The translations under genes were made by a program, and so were the position numbers. The notes beneath the pieces are model-generated. The model was not told the DNA's origin, did no database searches, and was given only the letters and a program-made list of their open reading frames with translations. Positions 1-8,706 of a stretch of DNA of 22,922 nucleotides are shown one piece after another; within the stretch, counting starts at the first letter, position 1; every line of letters starts with the position of its first letter. The stretch lies in the NCBI GenBank assembly GCA_016840425.1, contig JAEOSI010000009.1, positions 1 to 22,922 of the forward strand, in the 5' to 3' direction. The stretch is from Candidatus Wukongarchaeum yapensis. Its GTDB lineage: Archaea > Asgardarchaeota > Wukongarchaeia > Wukongarchaeales > Wukongarchaeaceae.

Positions 1-256
1 ATAAAAAATTAGAGAAACCATTCTATTAATGATAAAATATCATATATAAATCAATAATACTTAAATAAAAATTTAAGCTTCATTTCATGAAAAAAATGAG
101 AGAAAACCATTAAAGTTGTTAAAGAAGAGATGCTTTAGAGGCGAATCTTGAGCTTTCTTAAATAACTTTAAAGAGGCGATATTCATAAAACGATAAATAA
201 CAAGAGTTTAAGAAACCTTCCATACTTGCCGTGGAAGATTTTTTAGGGGAAAACCT

Positions 257-1507
257 ATGAAAGTTTATTCAACGGGTATAAAAGAACTTGATAAGATTTT
301 GGGAGGAGGTATTCCGCATAGCTGTTCTGTTCTTTTGCTTGGAGAGACGGGGACAGAGCCTGAAACGTTAGCCTTTGAAATCTTGTATTTTCACCTTAAA
401 CAGGGGGGACAGGGAGTGCTTTATGTTTTCGATCACCCTCCTTCAGAAGTTAGGCATAAAATGAAGAGCTTTGGGCGGGACATTAAAAAGTTTGAGAAGA
501 ATGAAGAAAAACTCATTTTGGCCGATTTTTTCACCCATGCCTTTAGTTTAGAAGAGTTTTATGAGCCTGAGAAATATTTTTGTAAAAGACCGACAGACTA
601 CACTTATATCACGGACTACTTTGATAATATTTGGCAAATATTACTACAAAAATTAGGAGATAATAGGGGTTATTTGGGCGTTGTTTTTTCCCTTACTACG
701 GTGGCTCATTGGTGTGGTGAGAGAGAAGCTTTAAGACTTGCTTATTTAATAGCTACGAAATATAGGCCTTTGGGATGCACTATTTTTGTTTTGGATCCAT
801 CCACTGTGAATGAAAGTACTTTGGGCATGTTAAAAAACAGGAGCGAAGTCGTGATAAACCTCTCCATTGAAGAATTTAAAGGGGTTTCAGAGAAGAGGAT
901 AATGGTTTTAAAGTCGCCTCTACCCGCATGGTTAAACAAACCCCTAACTTACACATCTTTACCAGAAAAAGGTTTCTTTATCAGGGAGTCCATTATCCAA
1001 GAATTCGAGGCTTTTAAAGAGACTATAAAATTCGACGAAGATACTGACGAATTAAAGGTTTATGGCGCACCAAGTGTTTTGATAACACGTCGCCTTGTTT
1101 TAGAACTTTTGGAAAATATGAATAACAAGAAAGTTGAGGAGATATTAGTAGAGGCTATGATTCGTTACCTAAAAATTTTGGAGGTAAATACCCATTTAAA
1201 AGGAGAAAAGCTTTTAGAATACTATCTTAAAAGCTTGCCTGTTCGGGGTTGGGGCTTTATTGAGCTTGTTGAATTCAGAAAAAACAAATTTACTTTACGC
1301 AAAAATCCTACAGACTTTGCAGGCGAATACAAGGAAGGTCTTGAAGGGTTTAAAGCGCTTGTTAAAGGCATTGTAAAAGGTGCGGGGTTCTATTTTTTTG
1401 GCAATAAGGTAAGAGTAAAAGAGAAAAAATGCATTTTGAAAGGTGATCCTTTTTGCGAGTACGAGGTAGTTAAGTTGTCTCCCAAGAGAACAGTAAATGA
1501 AACCTAA
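257..1507 (+). CDS. KaiC/RAD55-like (RecA-fold) protein with degenerate Walker motifs, fused to a C-terminal V4R domain
   Basis: N-terminus STGIKELDKILGGGIP is typical of archaeal KaiC/RAD55. The Walker A position reads GETGTEPE (no GKT). The C-terminal ~150 aa carry GWG and end in CILKGDPFCEY, the V4R signature. Confidence 0.8.
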   Translation: MKVYSTGIKELDKILGGGIPHSCSVLLLGETGTEPETLAFEILYFHLKQGGQGVLYVFDHPPSEVRHKMKSFGRDIKKFEKNEEKLILADFFTHAFSLEEFYEPEKYFCKRPTDYTYITDYFDNIWQILLQKLGDNRGYLGVVFSLTTVAHWCGEREALRLAYLIATKYRPLGCTIFVLDPSTVNESTLGMLKNRSEVVINLSIEEFKGVSEKRIMVLKSPLPAWLNKPLTYTSLPEKGFFIRESIIQEFEAFKETIKFDEDTDELKVYGAPSVLITRRLVLELLENMNNKKVEEILVEAMIRYLKILEVNTHLKGEKLLEYYLKSLPVRGWGFIELVEFRKNKFTLRKNPTDFAGEYKEGLEGFKALVKGIVKGAGFYFFGNKVRVKEKKCILKGDPFCEYEVVKLSPKRTVNET

Positions 1508-1620
1508 AAGCTTTAGGGAAGTTTTTGTAGAAGTTTTGCAAAATGTTTTTAAAGGTTTGAAGCGTTTCTTCTAATTGTCTTTTAATCTTAAGAGGTGGAA
1601 AGATTTGGTATGGCGGGATC

Positions 1621-3159
1621 GTGTTCTTCTCAGAACCTAAGGTTAGCCTGCCAGCCTATGTTGCTATTTTTGATACCACTTTGAGGGACGGGGAGCAAAT
1701 GCCTGGGTGCGCTCTACGCCCAGAAGAGAAGACTGAAATTGCTCATCAGCTTGACATGCTGGGAGTAGACGTTATCGAGGCAGGTTTCCCCATAGCAAGC
1801 GAGGGCGAAAGGCAGGCAATAAAATCTATCACGAAAGAAGGTTTGAATAGCGAAATTTGTGGTTTAGCAAGGTCCAACAAGGCAGATATTGATGCAGTAA
1901 TATCTTGTAACGTGGACAGAGTGCACACTTTTATTGCTACAAGTGCTTTACACATGGAAAAAAAGTTGAAGATGACGCCAGAAGAAGTGATTGAACACGC
2001 TGTTTCCGGCGTTGAGTACGTGAAGGATCATGGGTTAAAGTCGGAATTTTCTGCAGAAGATGCTACTCGAAGCGATATAGAGTTCTTGAAGAAGGTTTTT
2101 GCAAGCGCTGTTGAAGCAGGAGCGGACGTTGTGGATATCCCAGACACAGTTGGGGTTGCTATCCCAAGAACAATGTTTCACATAGTTCGAGAAGTTAAAA
2201 GCGCTGTAAATGTTCCAGTAGCTGTACACTGCCATGATGATTTCGGTTTAGCGGTAGCTAATAGTCTGGCTTCTGTTGAAGCAGGAGCAGAACAAGTTCA
2301 TGTGTGCGTTAATGGGATAGGGGAGAGGGCTGGAAACGCTTCGTTAGAAGAGGTAGCCTTGGCGCTTCAAGTCCACTACGGTATACAGACAGGTATAAGG
2401 ACGGAAGAAATATACAAAACATCTCAACTTGTTATGCGGTTAATGCGTGTACCTATAGCTCCTAACAAGGCAATAGTTGGCGCTAACGCTTTTGCTCACG
2501 AATCGGGTATACATTCCCACGGTGTCTTAGTATCTCCCAAAACTTACGAACCAATCGCTCCAGAAATGGTGGGGGCTCGAAGAAAGTTTGTTGCAGGTAA
2601 ACATGCAGGAAAACATGGTGTTAAGGCGATTCTTGAAAGTATGGGGATCTATCCCACGGAAAACCAGTTGGATGAGATAATTTATCGCGTAAAAGAACTT
2701 GGAGACAAAGGCATAAAGGTGAGCGATGCCGACCTTGAAGGCGTTGCTAGGGCTTTAATTGGAGAAATACCCAGCGAAGAAAAATCTTTGGAGCTCATCG
2801 ACGTTACAGTTGTTTCAGGAAATAAGGTGCAACCTTTTGCCGTTGTCAGGTTGAAGGTTAACAGTGATGTTAAAACTTACACGAATTTTGGAGTAGGACC
2901 TATTGATGCCAGTGTAAGGGCCGTGAAGATGGTGGCAAAAGATCTTGTGAACTTCGATTTGACTGGTTTTGAATTGCGGAGTATAGGTAAAGGTACTGAA
3001 GCTTTAGGCGAGGTTACCGTAGATATTGAGGATGACGAGCGTAACGTTGTTTCTTCGAGAGCTGTAAGAGAAGATATAGTTCTGGCAGGAATAGAAGCAG
3101 TTATTGACGCTGTAAACAGGTTAATCCTTACACGCAAAGGAAAAACAGGAGCAAAATAA
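1621..3159 (+). CDS. leuA: 2-isopropylmalate synthase (archaeal LeuA/CimA family, LeuA-like) with C-terminal regulatory domain
   Basis: Motifs DTTLRDGEQ, EAGFP, CGLAR, HTFIATS, EFSAEDATR, PDTVG, HCHDDFGLA, NGIGERAGNA and HESGIH. These residues fit archaeal LeuA better than CimA. Adjacent to leuC/leuD. GTG start is uncertain. Confidence 0.85.
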   Translation: MFFSEPKVSLPAYVAIFDTTLRDGEQMPGCALRPEEKTEIAHQLDMLGVDVIEAGFPIASEGERQAIKSITKEGLNSEICGLARSNKADIDAVISCNVDRVHTFIATSALHMEKKLKMTPEEVIEHAVSGVEYVKDHGLKSEFSAEDATRSDIEFLKKVFASAVEAGADVVDIPDTVGVAIPRTMFHIVREVKSAVNVPVAVHCHDDFGLAVANSLASVEAGAEQVHVCVNGIGERAGNASLEEVALALQVHYGIQTGIRTEEIYKTSQLVMRLMRVPIAPNKAIVGANAFAHESGIHSHGVLVSPKTYEPIAPEMVGARRKFVAGKHAGKHGVKAILESMGIYPTENQLDEIIYRVKELGDKGIKVSDADLEGVARALIGEIPSEEKSLELIDVTVVSGNKVQPFAVVRLKVNSDVKTYTNFGVGPIDASVRAVKMVAKDLVNFDLTGFELRSIGKGTEALGEVTVDIEDDERNVVSSRAVREDIVLAGIEAVIDAVNRLILTRKGKTGAK

Positions 3160-3268
3160 GAGAAATAGCGGGGAAAATAAAGGTTTAAAAAAGGTTTTTA
3201 CTAATTTTTCATCCCCAGTCTTTTTTTTCTTTCATTTTATCTTGTAGGAAAGTAGTTGGTGGTCTTTT

Positions 3269-4519
3269 TTGGGAAAAACGATAGTGGAAAAAATATTGGG
3301 AAGAGCTTCGGGTAAAGAAAACGTTTCTGCAGGAGAAATAGTTAATGCTAAAATCTCATTTCTCATGACAAATGATGCCGTTGGAGAACTTACTGTAAAA
3401 GCTTTTGAAGAGCTTGGAACAGAGGTTTGGGACAGAGAAAGAGTTGCAGTTATTTTAGACCATTTTGTTCCTGCTACTACAGAGAATGCGGCAAGGGTTC
3501 ACAGTTTGCTCAGAGCTTTTGCTAAAAAAAACGGGACTCATCTTCTTGATCAAGAAGGGGTTTGCCACCAAGTAATGATTGAAAAATTTGTAGTACCAGG
3601 AGACGTGGTAATAGGTACAGATTCACATACATGCACTTATGGAGGTATAGGAGCTTTTGCTACAGGCATAGGGTCCACAGACGGAGCAGCAGCAATGGCT
3701 ACGGGAGAACTTTGGTTTAAAGTGCCTGAAACTATAAACATAGAGCTTTCAGGGACGTTAAAAGAACATGTTTATCCAAAAGATGTGATTTTAAAAATAA
3801 TCGGCGACTTAGGGGCAGACGGAGCAACTTATAAAGCATTACAGTTCAGTGGAAAAAGCGCTAAAACCATAACAAATGCAGGCAGATTTACGATGTGTAA
3901 CATGGCCATCGAAGCAGGGGCAAAGGTCGGCATATTTGAACCAGATGAAATTACTCAAAAATTCCTTAAAGAGCGGGGGAAAGAAGACGGGGGAGAATTT
4001 TTTGAAAGCGATCTGGATGCAGAATATTGCGATTTTATCCCCATAAACCTTCAAGAAATTGAACCAAAAATCGCATGTCCTTGGTCGGTTGACAATGTTA
4101 AGCCGGTAGCAGAAGTGGAAGGGATAGAGATAAACCAAGCTTTTGCAGGATCTTGCACAAACGGTAGGCTGGAAGATCTGGAAGTAGTTGCCAAAATATT
4201 AAAGGGAAAAAAGGTGAACCCAGATATTCGTTTTTTAATCGCTCCAGCCTCAAGAAAAGTGTACCAACAAGCTTTGAAAGCTGGATTCATAAACGTTTTT
4301 CTCGAAGCAGGAGTCACTGTTTGTAATCCCAGCTGTTCTGCCTGTTTTGGAGGACAAGGAACGCTTTGGAAAGACGAAGTATGTATCGGTAGCCATAACA
4401 GAAACTTTCGAGCTAGAATGGGGCATAAAGATTCAAAAGTATATTTAGCCTCTCCAGAAACTGTAGCAGTCTCTGCCATAACCGGAAAAATAACAGATCC
4501 AAGAAGATTAAAAAAATAA
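3269..4519 (+). CDS. leuC: 3-isopropylmalate dehydratase large subunit (LeuC/HacA family)
   Basis: DHFVP, GVCHQV, DSHTCTYG, GSCTNGR, CSAC and NRNFRARMG aconitase-family motifs with three cluster cysteines. TTG start. Confidence 0.85.
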   Translation: MGKTIVEKILGRASGKENVSAGEIVNAKISFLMTNDAVGELTVKAFEELGTEVWDRERVAVILDHFVPATTENAARVHSLLRAFAKKNGTHLLDQEGVCHQVMIEKFVVPGDVVIGTDSHTCTYGGIGAFATGIGSTDGAAAMATGELWFKVPETINIELSGTLKEHVYPKDVILKIIGDLGADGATYKALQFSGKSAKTITNAGRFTMCNMAIEAGAKVGIFEPDEITQKFLKERGKEDGGEFFESDLDAEYCDFIPINLQEIEPKIACPWSVDNVKPVAEVEGIEINQAFAGSCTNGRLEDLEVVAKILKGKKVNPDIRFLIAPASRKVYQQALKAGFINVFLEAGVTVCNPSCSACFGGQGTLWKDEVCIGSHNRNFRARMGHKDSKVYLASPETVAVSAITGKITDPRRLKK

Positions 4520-4556
4520 ACAAAAAAAAGGTTGAATAATAATTATAAGCGGGGTT

Positions 4557-5063
4557 TTGAAAATGGCGGTTATACATGGAAAGGTTTGGAAATTTGGCGA
4601 TAACATAGACACTGACATAATTATTCCTGCACGCTACCTTATCTTACCCATAGAAGAGGCAAAAGAAAAAGCTATGGAACCAATAAGGCCAAGCTTCTCT
4701 AAAGAGTTTGAGAAGAGTGGCATCATAATAGCTGGAAGAAATTTTGGTTGCGGTTCAAGCAGAGAACAAGCACCAGCAGTCTTAAGGGCTTTAGGAGTAA
4801 GCGCGATCGTGGCGAAAACTTTTGCAAGGATCTTTTTTAGAAACACGATAAACCTAGGAATACCCGCAATAGAATGCAAAGAAGCATGCGATAAAATCGA
4901 GGAAGGAGAAGAGATCGAGATAGAACCAGAAACAGGAAAAATAAAACTACTAAAACAAGCCATCACTTTACAAGGTTCAAAACTCCCCCCATTTTTGCTT
5001 GAAATCATAAAAGATGGCGGATTAATACCTCATTTGAAAAAACGATTAATTATAGGCGTATAA
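4557..5063 (+). CDS. leuD: 3-isopropylmalate dehydratase small subunit (likely start at ATG 4563)
   Basis: GDNIDTDIIIPARYL, AGRNFGCGSSREQA and FARIFFRN motifs. The specificity loop YLIL is hydrophobic (IPMI-like rather than the homoaconitase YLRT). Confidence 0.85.
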   Translation: MKMAVIHGKVWKFGDNIDTDIIIPARYLILPIEEAKEKAMEPIRPSFSKEFEKSGIIIAGRNFGCGSSREQAPAVLRALGVSAIVAKTFARIFFRNTINLGIPAIECKEACDKIEEGEEIEIEPETGKIKLLKQAITLQGSKLPPFLLEIIKDGGLIPHLKKRLIIGV

Positions 5064-5944
5064 TTGTTTTTACACCTAAAAACCCTCATTTAATTTTTTT
5101 CTTTACACCTCTTTTTATTTCGAAAGAAGAATTAATTCGCGGATCGTCCTTCCTAATAAACGTTCTTTACACCGTTATTTTTTAATTTCAGGATCAACTA
5201 AGTAAAAACAAATTAAAATAAAAGGTTTCCAAAGAGATAACAAAAAACAAAAGCAGAAAACATTTAATAAACAAAAAGTCCCCAAAAAATAAGCAAAAAA
5301 AGCTAATAAACAGGTCTCCATAGGAAAAAAGAAAACAAAGGAAAATAAAAAGAGAAAAAACAACAAAAGTATAAAGATCAAGAAAAACACGAATTCAACC
5401 AGCTAAAACCACCAGAATCCCATTTAGCTACCCTTAAAAGAAACACCGAACAAACACACTTTAAGCAAGACAACAAAAAACAAAAACAGGTCTCCACACA
5501 GAAAAACAAAACGGAAACCCGTCCCAACAGCAAGAACGTATTAAAAAAACGGTTAAACCCATAACACTCCTCCTGCCATCTAAAACAACTCCAAAAACCT
5601 ACTTCTTACTGCTAGGATGAGCTCTATCGACTTTTGAAACGGAAAAGCAACTTTTTCCTTCATTCAGTAGATCCAAAAGCAAAAATTTTCGATTTTAATT
5701 TGTCAGTTGGTCTGATTTTAGTAATATTCAGTATGGATACAATTTTCTTAAACTGTGATCCGCTTGATACGAACTCCTATGCGCCTAAATCTGAATGTAC
5801 CCCCCATGGGGGCATTCACGAAGCCTCAGCCTACTTTCGGAAGTAATGTCATTTATAAAACTTTTAATAAGCGTTAATATCACTTCTCTAAAACTTTAAA
5901 ATTAGTGAAGAAAAGCCTGAAATAATCATGATAGAGGTTAAAAA

Positions 5945-6610
5945 ATGTTAGATGAAGAGTTTTCTAGGACAGAATTTAAAGAACTATTTGACGCCATAAT
6001 GGAAGGGAACCGAGAAAAAGGAAAATTTATAGCCAACGCCTTAGTTGAACAGCAAATAAACCTAAAAGATGCACTCCTTGAAGGAGTAATGAGAACAGTA
6101 GTCAGGCTAGGAAACATGCTCAGTAGCAAAAACCCTGAAGACGTGAAAAAGTGGTCCGAATGCCTGATCACTATCTATGACGTATTAAACATCTTTAACA
6201 AAAACATTAAACCATCTGAAAAACCAGTAGGAAAAATTATCCTCGCATGCCTAAAAGGAGAAGGACACGCCATCGTTAAAGACATCCTTGCACCCGCATT
6301 CCGTGCAGAAGGCTTCGAAGTATACAACTTTAGATCACCAGCAACACCCCAACAAATCATGGAAAAAATCAAAGAAACAAAAGCAGACATCCTAGCCATC
6401 TCTGCAAGCATGAGAACGATGATAGAAGAAATAAAGAACCTCGACCAAGCATTAAAAACCGCAGGATTAAGGGAAAAAATCAAAATCCTAGTAGGAGGTT
6501 GGCTGGTTAGAAGAACATTCTTCGAAGAACTCAAGCCAGATCTAGACGCGTGGGCAAAAGACGCTTCAGAAGGTGTTGAAATAGTAAAAAGCTTAGCCCA
6601 GCAAGCCTAG
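5945..6610 (+). CDS. Corrinoid/cobalamin-binding protein (MtbC/MtaC-like cap plus B12-binding Rossmann domain), divergent motif
   Basis: Helical cap followed by GKIILACLKGEGHAIVK (canonical GDIHDIGK), GFEVY, ISASM and KILVGG. Confidence 0.75.
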   Translation: MLDEEFSRTEFKELFDAIMEGNREKGKFIANALVEQQINLKDALLEGVMRTVVRLGNMLSSKNPEDVKKWSECLITIYDVLNIFNKNIKPSEKPVGKIILACLKGEGHAIVKDILAPAFRAEGFEVYNFRSPATPQQIMEKIKETKADILAISASMRTMIEEIKNLDQALKTAGLREKIKILVGGWLVRRTFFEELKPDLDAWAKDASEGVEIVKSLAQQA

Positions 6611-6657
6611 ACCAGATAACTGTTAAGCTGTTAAAATTTCAATACTTAAATGAAGTT

Positions 6658-6727
6658 AAACGTAGTCGCCATGACCAAAACAAAAAAAGGGATTTTATGA
6701 GGAGAGACCGTTCAGACGACTACGTTT
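6658..6727. repeat. 70-bp element bounded by an 11-bp perfect inverted repeat; core recurs at 14727-14810
   Basis: AAACGTAGTCG at 6658-6668 and CGACTACGTTT at 6717-6727. The 18-mer TTTTATGAGGAGAGACCG is identical at 6693-6710 and 14748-14765. Confidence 0.7.
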
Positions 6728-6938
6728 GTCAACGATCATAGGTTTGATATCCTAATATAAATATTTTTCCTTTTACATATATAAAATTCTTCCACCCAAA
6801 ACCGTGGCAAAAACAACTATAAGCCCTCCAATCACCTCCCCCAACAGGCTAGAACCTACACCACAAAAATCATGAAAAGCCCTTACTAAAAGATTAAGAA
6901 GATTTAGAAAAATGACAAAAGTTATTTATATATAGTTC

Positions 6939-7188
6939 GTGGAAGGGCTGGTGGAGCTAGTGGGAGAGATCTCTAACGTCAACATTGACGACTTCATCGC
7001 TCACCAGCATCTAGGTGAGAAGCGGAACTACTACGTCGTAAATTACGGCACAGGCGAGTACGTGAGAGAGGCAATGCCCGTATCAGTACGGTGAAGGGTC
7101 TGTTGCAGGATTCAAGGCGCTAGTTAGACTCCTAAAAGAGAGTCAGCAAGAAAAACCTACACCTCTTCATCTCCATTTTCTCAGTTAA
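6939..7188 (+). pseudogene. Unidentified frameshifted coding relic
   Basis: The stretch is visibly more GC-rich than its flanks and follows a TATA-like TTATTTATATA. A 51-aa frame (6939-7094) continues plausibly in another frame (7078-7188) after a 1-nt shift at ATGCCCG. Confidence 0.3.
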
Positions 7189-7330
7189 AGTACAGCCTAG
7201 AAATCTAAATCCAAAGGGCAACTTCACAGAACTTCTACTTACAATGCTTTGCACAACATTAGAAATATAAAGGCAAAGAACATCATTTCTTTTACCAAAC
7301 AAAAGAGCACGATCAGCAGGTGGTATTTCC

Positions 7331-8173
7331 TTGGAAAATGAAGTTAGAAGACGAATTATGGATGAACGCTTAAAAAAGGTTAAGGATAGAATGAGTAAAG
7401 TGAAGCATAAGATCGCTGTGATCAGTGGGAAGGGAGGTGTTGGCAAAAGTGTCGTAACCGTGAACCTCGCCATGGCTTTTGCAGTACACGGTTATGATAA
7501 TAGAGTAGGTATTCTTGATGCAGACATAACTGGTCCCTCTGTACCTAAGATAATTGGTTTACAGGGTGAGAGGCTTGTAGCCGAGCCTCAGGGCACAGTA
7601 ATTCCAGCGGTAGGCCCCTTAGACATCAAGGTTGTATCCATGGGCTTTCTGCTTCAAACTGAAGAAACACCAGTCATCTGGCGCGGTCCCCTAAAGGCAA
7701 GGGCAATCAACCAATTTTTATCGGATATTCTTTGGGGTGAACTGGACTTTTTGTTTATAGATCTTCCTCCAGGAACTGGTGATGAGCCCTTGAGCATTAT
7801 GCAACTCCTACCAGAGATGGATGGCGTGGTAATAGTTACAATACCTTCAGAAGTTTCACAAATTGTTGTCAAGAAGGCAGTTACTTTTGCTAAGCATCTG
7901 AAGATTCCTATCATAGGCATCATAGAGAATATGAGCGGTTTCATCTGCCCAAAATGCGGCGAGGAGATCGACATCTTCAAAAGAGGAGGAGGACAAAAGA
8001 TATCTGAGGATATGAACGTTCCTTTTCTGGGAAGAATCCCTATAGACCCTGAAATATGCGAATACTCTGATAAAGGCTTGTCCTTCATAGTTGAACATAA
8101 AAATTCACCAGCAGCAAAAGCTTTTATGGAGATTGTAAAAAAGATAGAAGAATTCTTAAAATCAAAAGAATGA
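7331..8173 (+). CDS. mrp: Mrp/ApbC/NBP35 family Fe-S cluster carrier ATPase
   Basis: SGKGGVGKS, LDADITGPS, VIWRGP, DLPPGTGD, ENMS and CPKC motifs. Confidence 0.9.
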   Translation: MENEVRRRIMDERLKKVKDRMSKVKHKIAVISGKGGVGKSVVTVNLAMAFAVHGYDNRVGILDADITGPSVPKIIGLQGERLVAEPQGTVIPAVGPLDIKVVSMGFLLQTEETPVIWRGPLKARAINQFLSDILWGELDFLFIDLPPGTGDEPLSIMQLLPEMDGVVIVTIPSEVSQIVVKKAVTFAKHLKIPIIGIIENMSGFICPKCGEEIDIFKRGGGQKISEDMNVPFLGRIPIDPEICEYSDKGLSFIVEHKNSPAAKAFMEIVKKIEEFLKSKE

Positions 8174-8572
8174 GAAACCTGCTGAGTGAACTGTTCCTGC
8201 CTTATTACTCTTTTCTGAAACTACTAATCTGAATTAAAGCCGATAATAGGGCTTTAATATTGAATTCTTCACTGTAATGCTTAGTAGTAGAATCAAAAGA
8301 CAAAATAGTGTAACAATAACTTATAACAGGACGAAAACGGTTCTGGATAAGAGTTTCTGAAAAACCTATTATTGAACGCGAAATCCTTTGCAACTAAGTT
8401 TAAAAGATACATTCTACGAAGTAAAAAATCAAGAACTTTTCTTCTTACAAAAAGTCGCTAAGAAAGCTCAAATCCTCCAGGGTTGAGATGAATTAGGGGA
8501 GGTGGGTGGGAGTATATACAAATTTGAAATATATTAAAAAATGTATACGTTATTTTGTTTTATATTGTTTAT

Positions 8573-8704
8573 ATGAGGGTAGAGAATCCTGTCAAACGAA
8601 AGCGTCTTCCAACTTTGTGGACTCACTCGAAGTTTATATCCTCTGTCGGGGCTGTAACTCTTGAAGTTGTTAAAAAATACATTGAAGAGCAGAAGGGGAA
8701 ATAG
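8573..8704 (+). pseudogene. tnpA: C-terminal 43-aa stub of an IS200-type Y1 transposase
   Basis: MRVENPVKRKRLPTLWTHSKFISSVGAVTLEVVKKYIEEQKGK matches the TnpA C-terminus (LPTLW..S.F...VG; catalytic Y in KYIEEQ). The HUH region is absent. Not in the ORF track. Confidence 0.8.
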
Positions 8705-8706
8705 AG

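Noticed and set aside
5069-5173. TTTACACC three times (5069, 5102, 5166), suggesting a degenerate CRISPR array
   Set aside because: The unit is only 8 bp, spacing is irregular, and there are no cas genes or leader.
5175-5390. 71-aa Phe/Leu-rich ORF as a membrane protein
   Set aside because: It is explained by the poly-A/C tract on the opposite strand; no evidence of real coding.
5660-5820. Minus-strand frame MPPWGVHSDLGA-TAG-EFVSSG... as a pyrrolysine readthrough gene
   Set aside because: Short, no recognisable family, and all three frames contain stops.
6696-6750. ATGAGGA as the box C of a C/D guide RNA
   Set aside because: No CTGA box D at a suitable distance in either copy.
8205-8393. 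62-aa minus-strand ORF between mrp and the IS element
   Set aside because: No motif or clear ribosome-binding site; likely non-coding or an unrecognisable relic.
8512-8524. 13-mer GTATATACAAATT matching the reverse complement at 13929-13941
   Set aside because: An AT-rich match plausible by chance, with no flanking homology.
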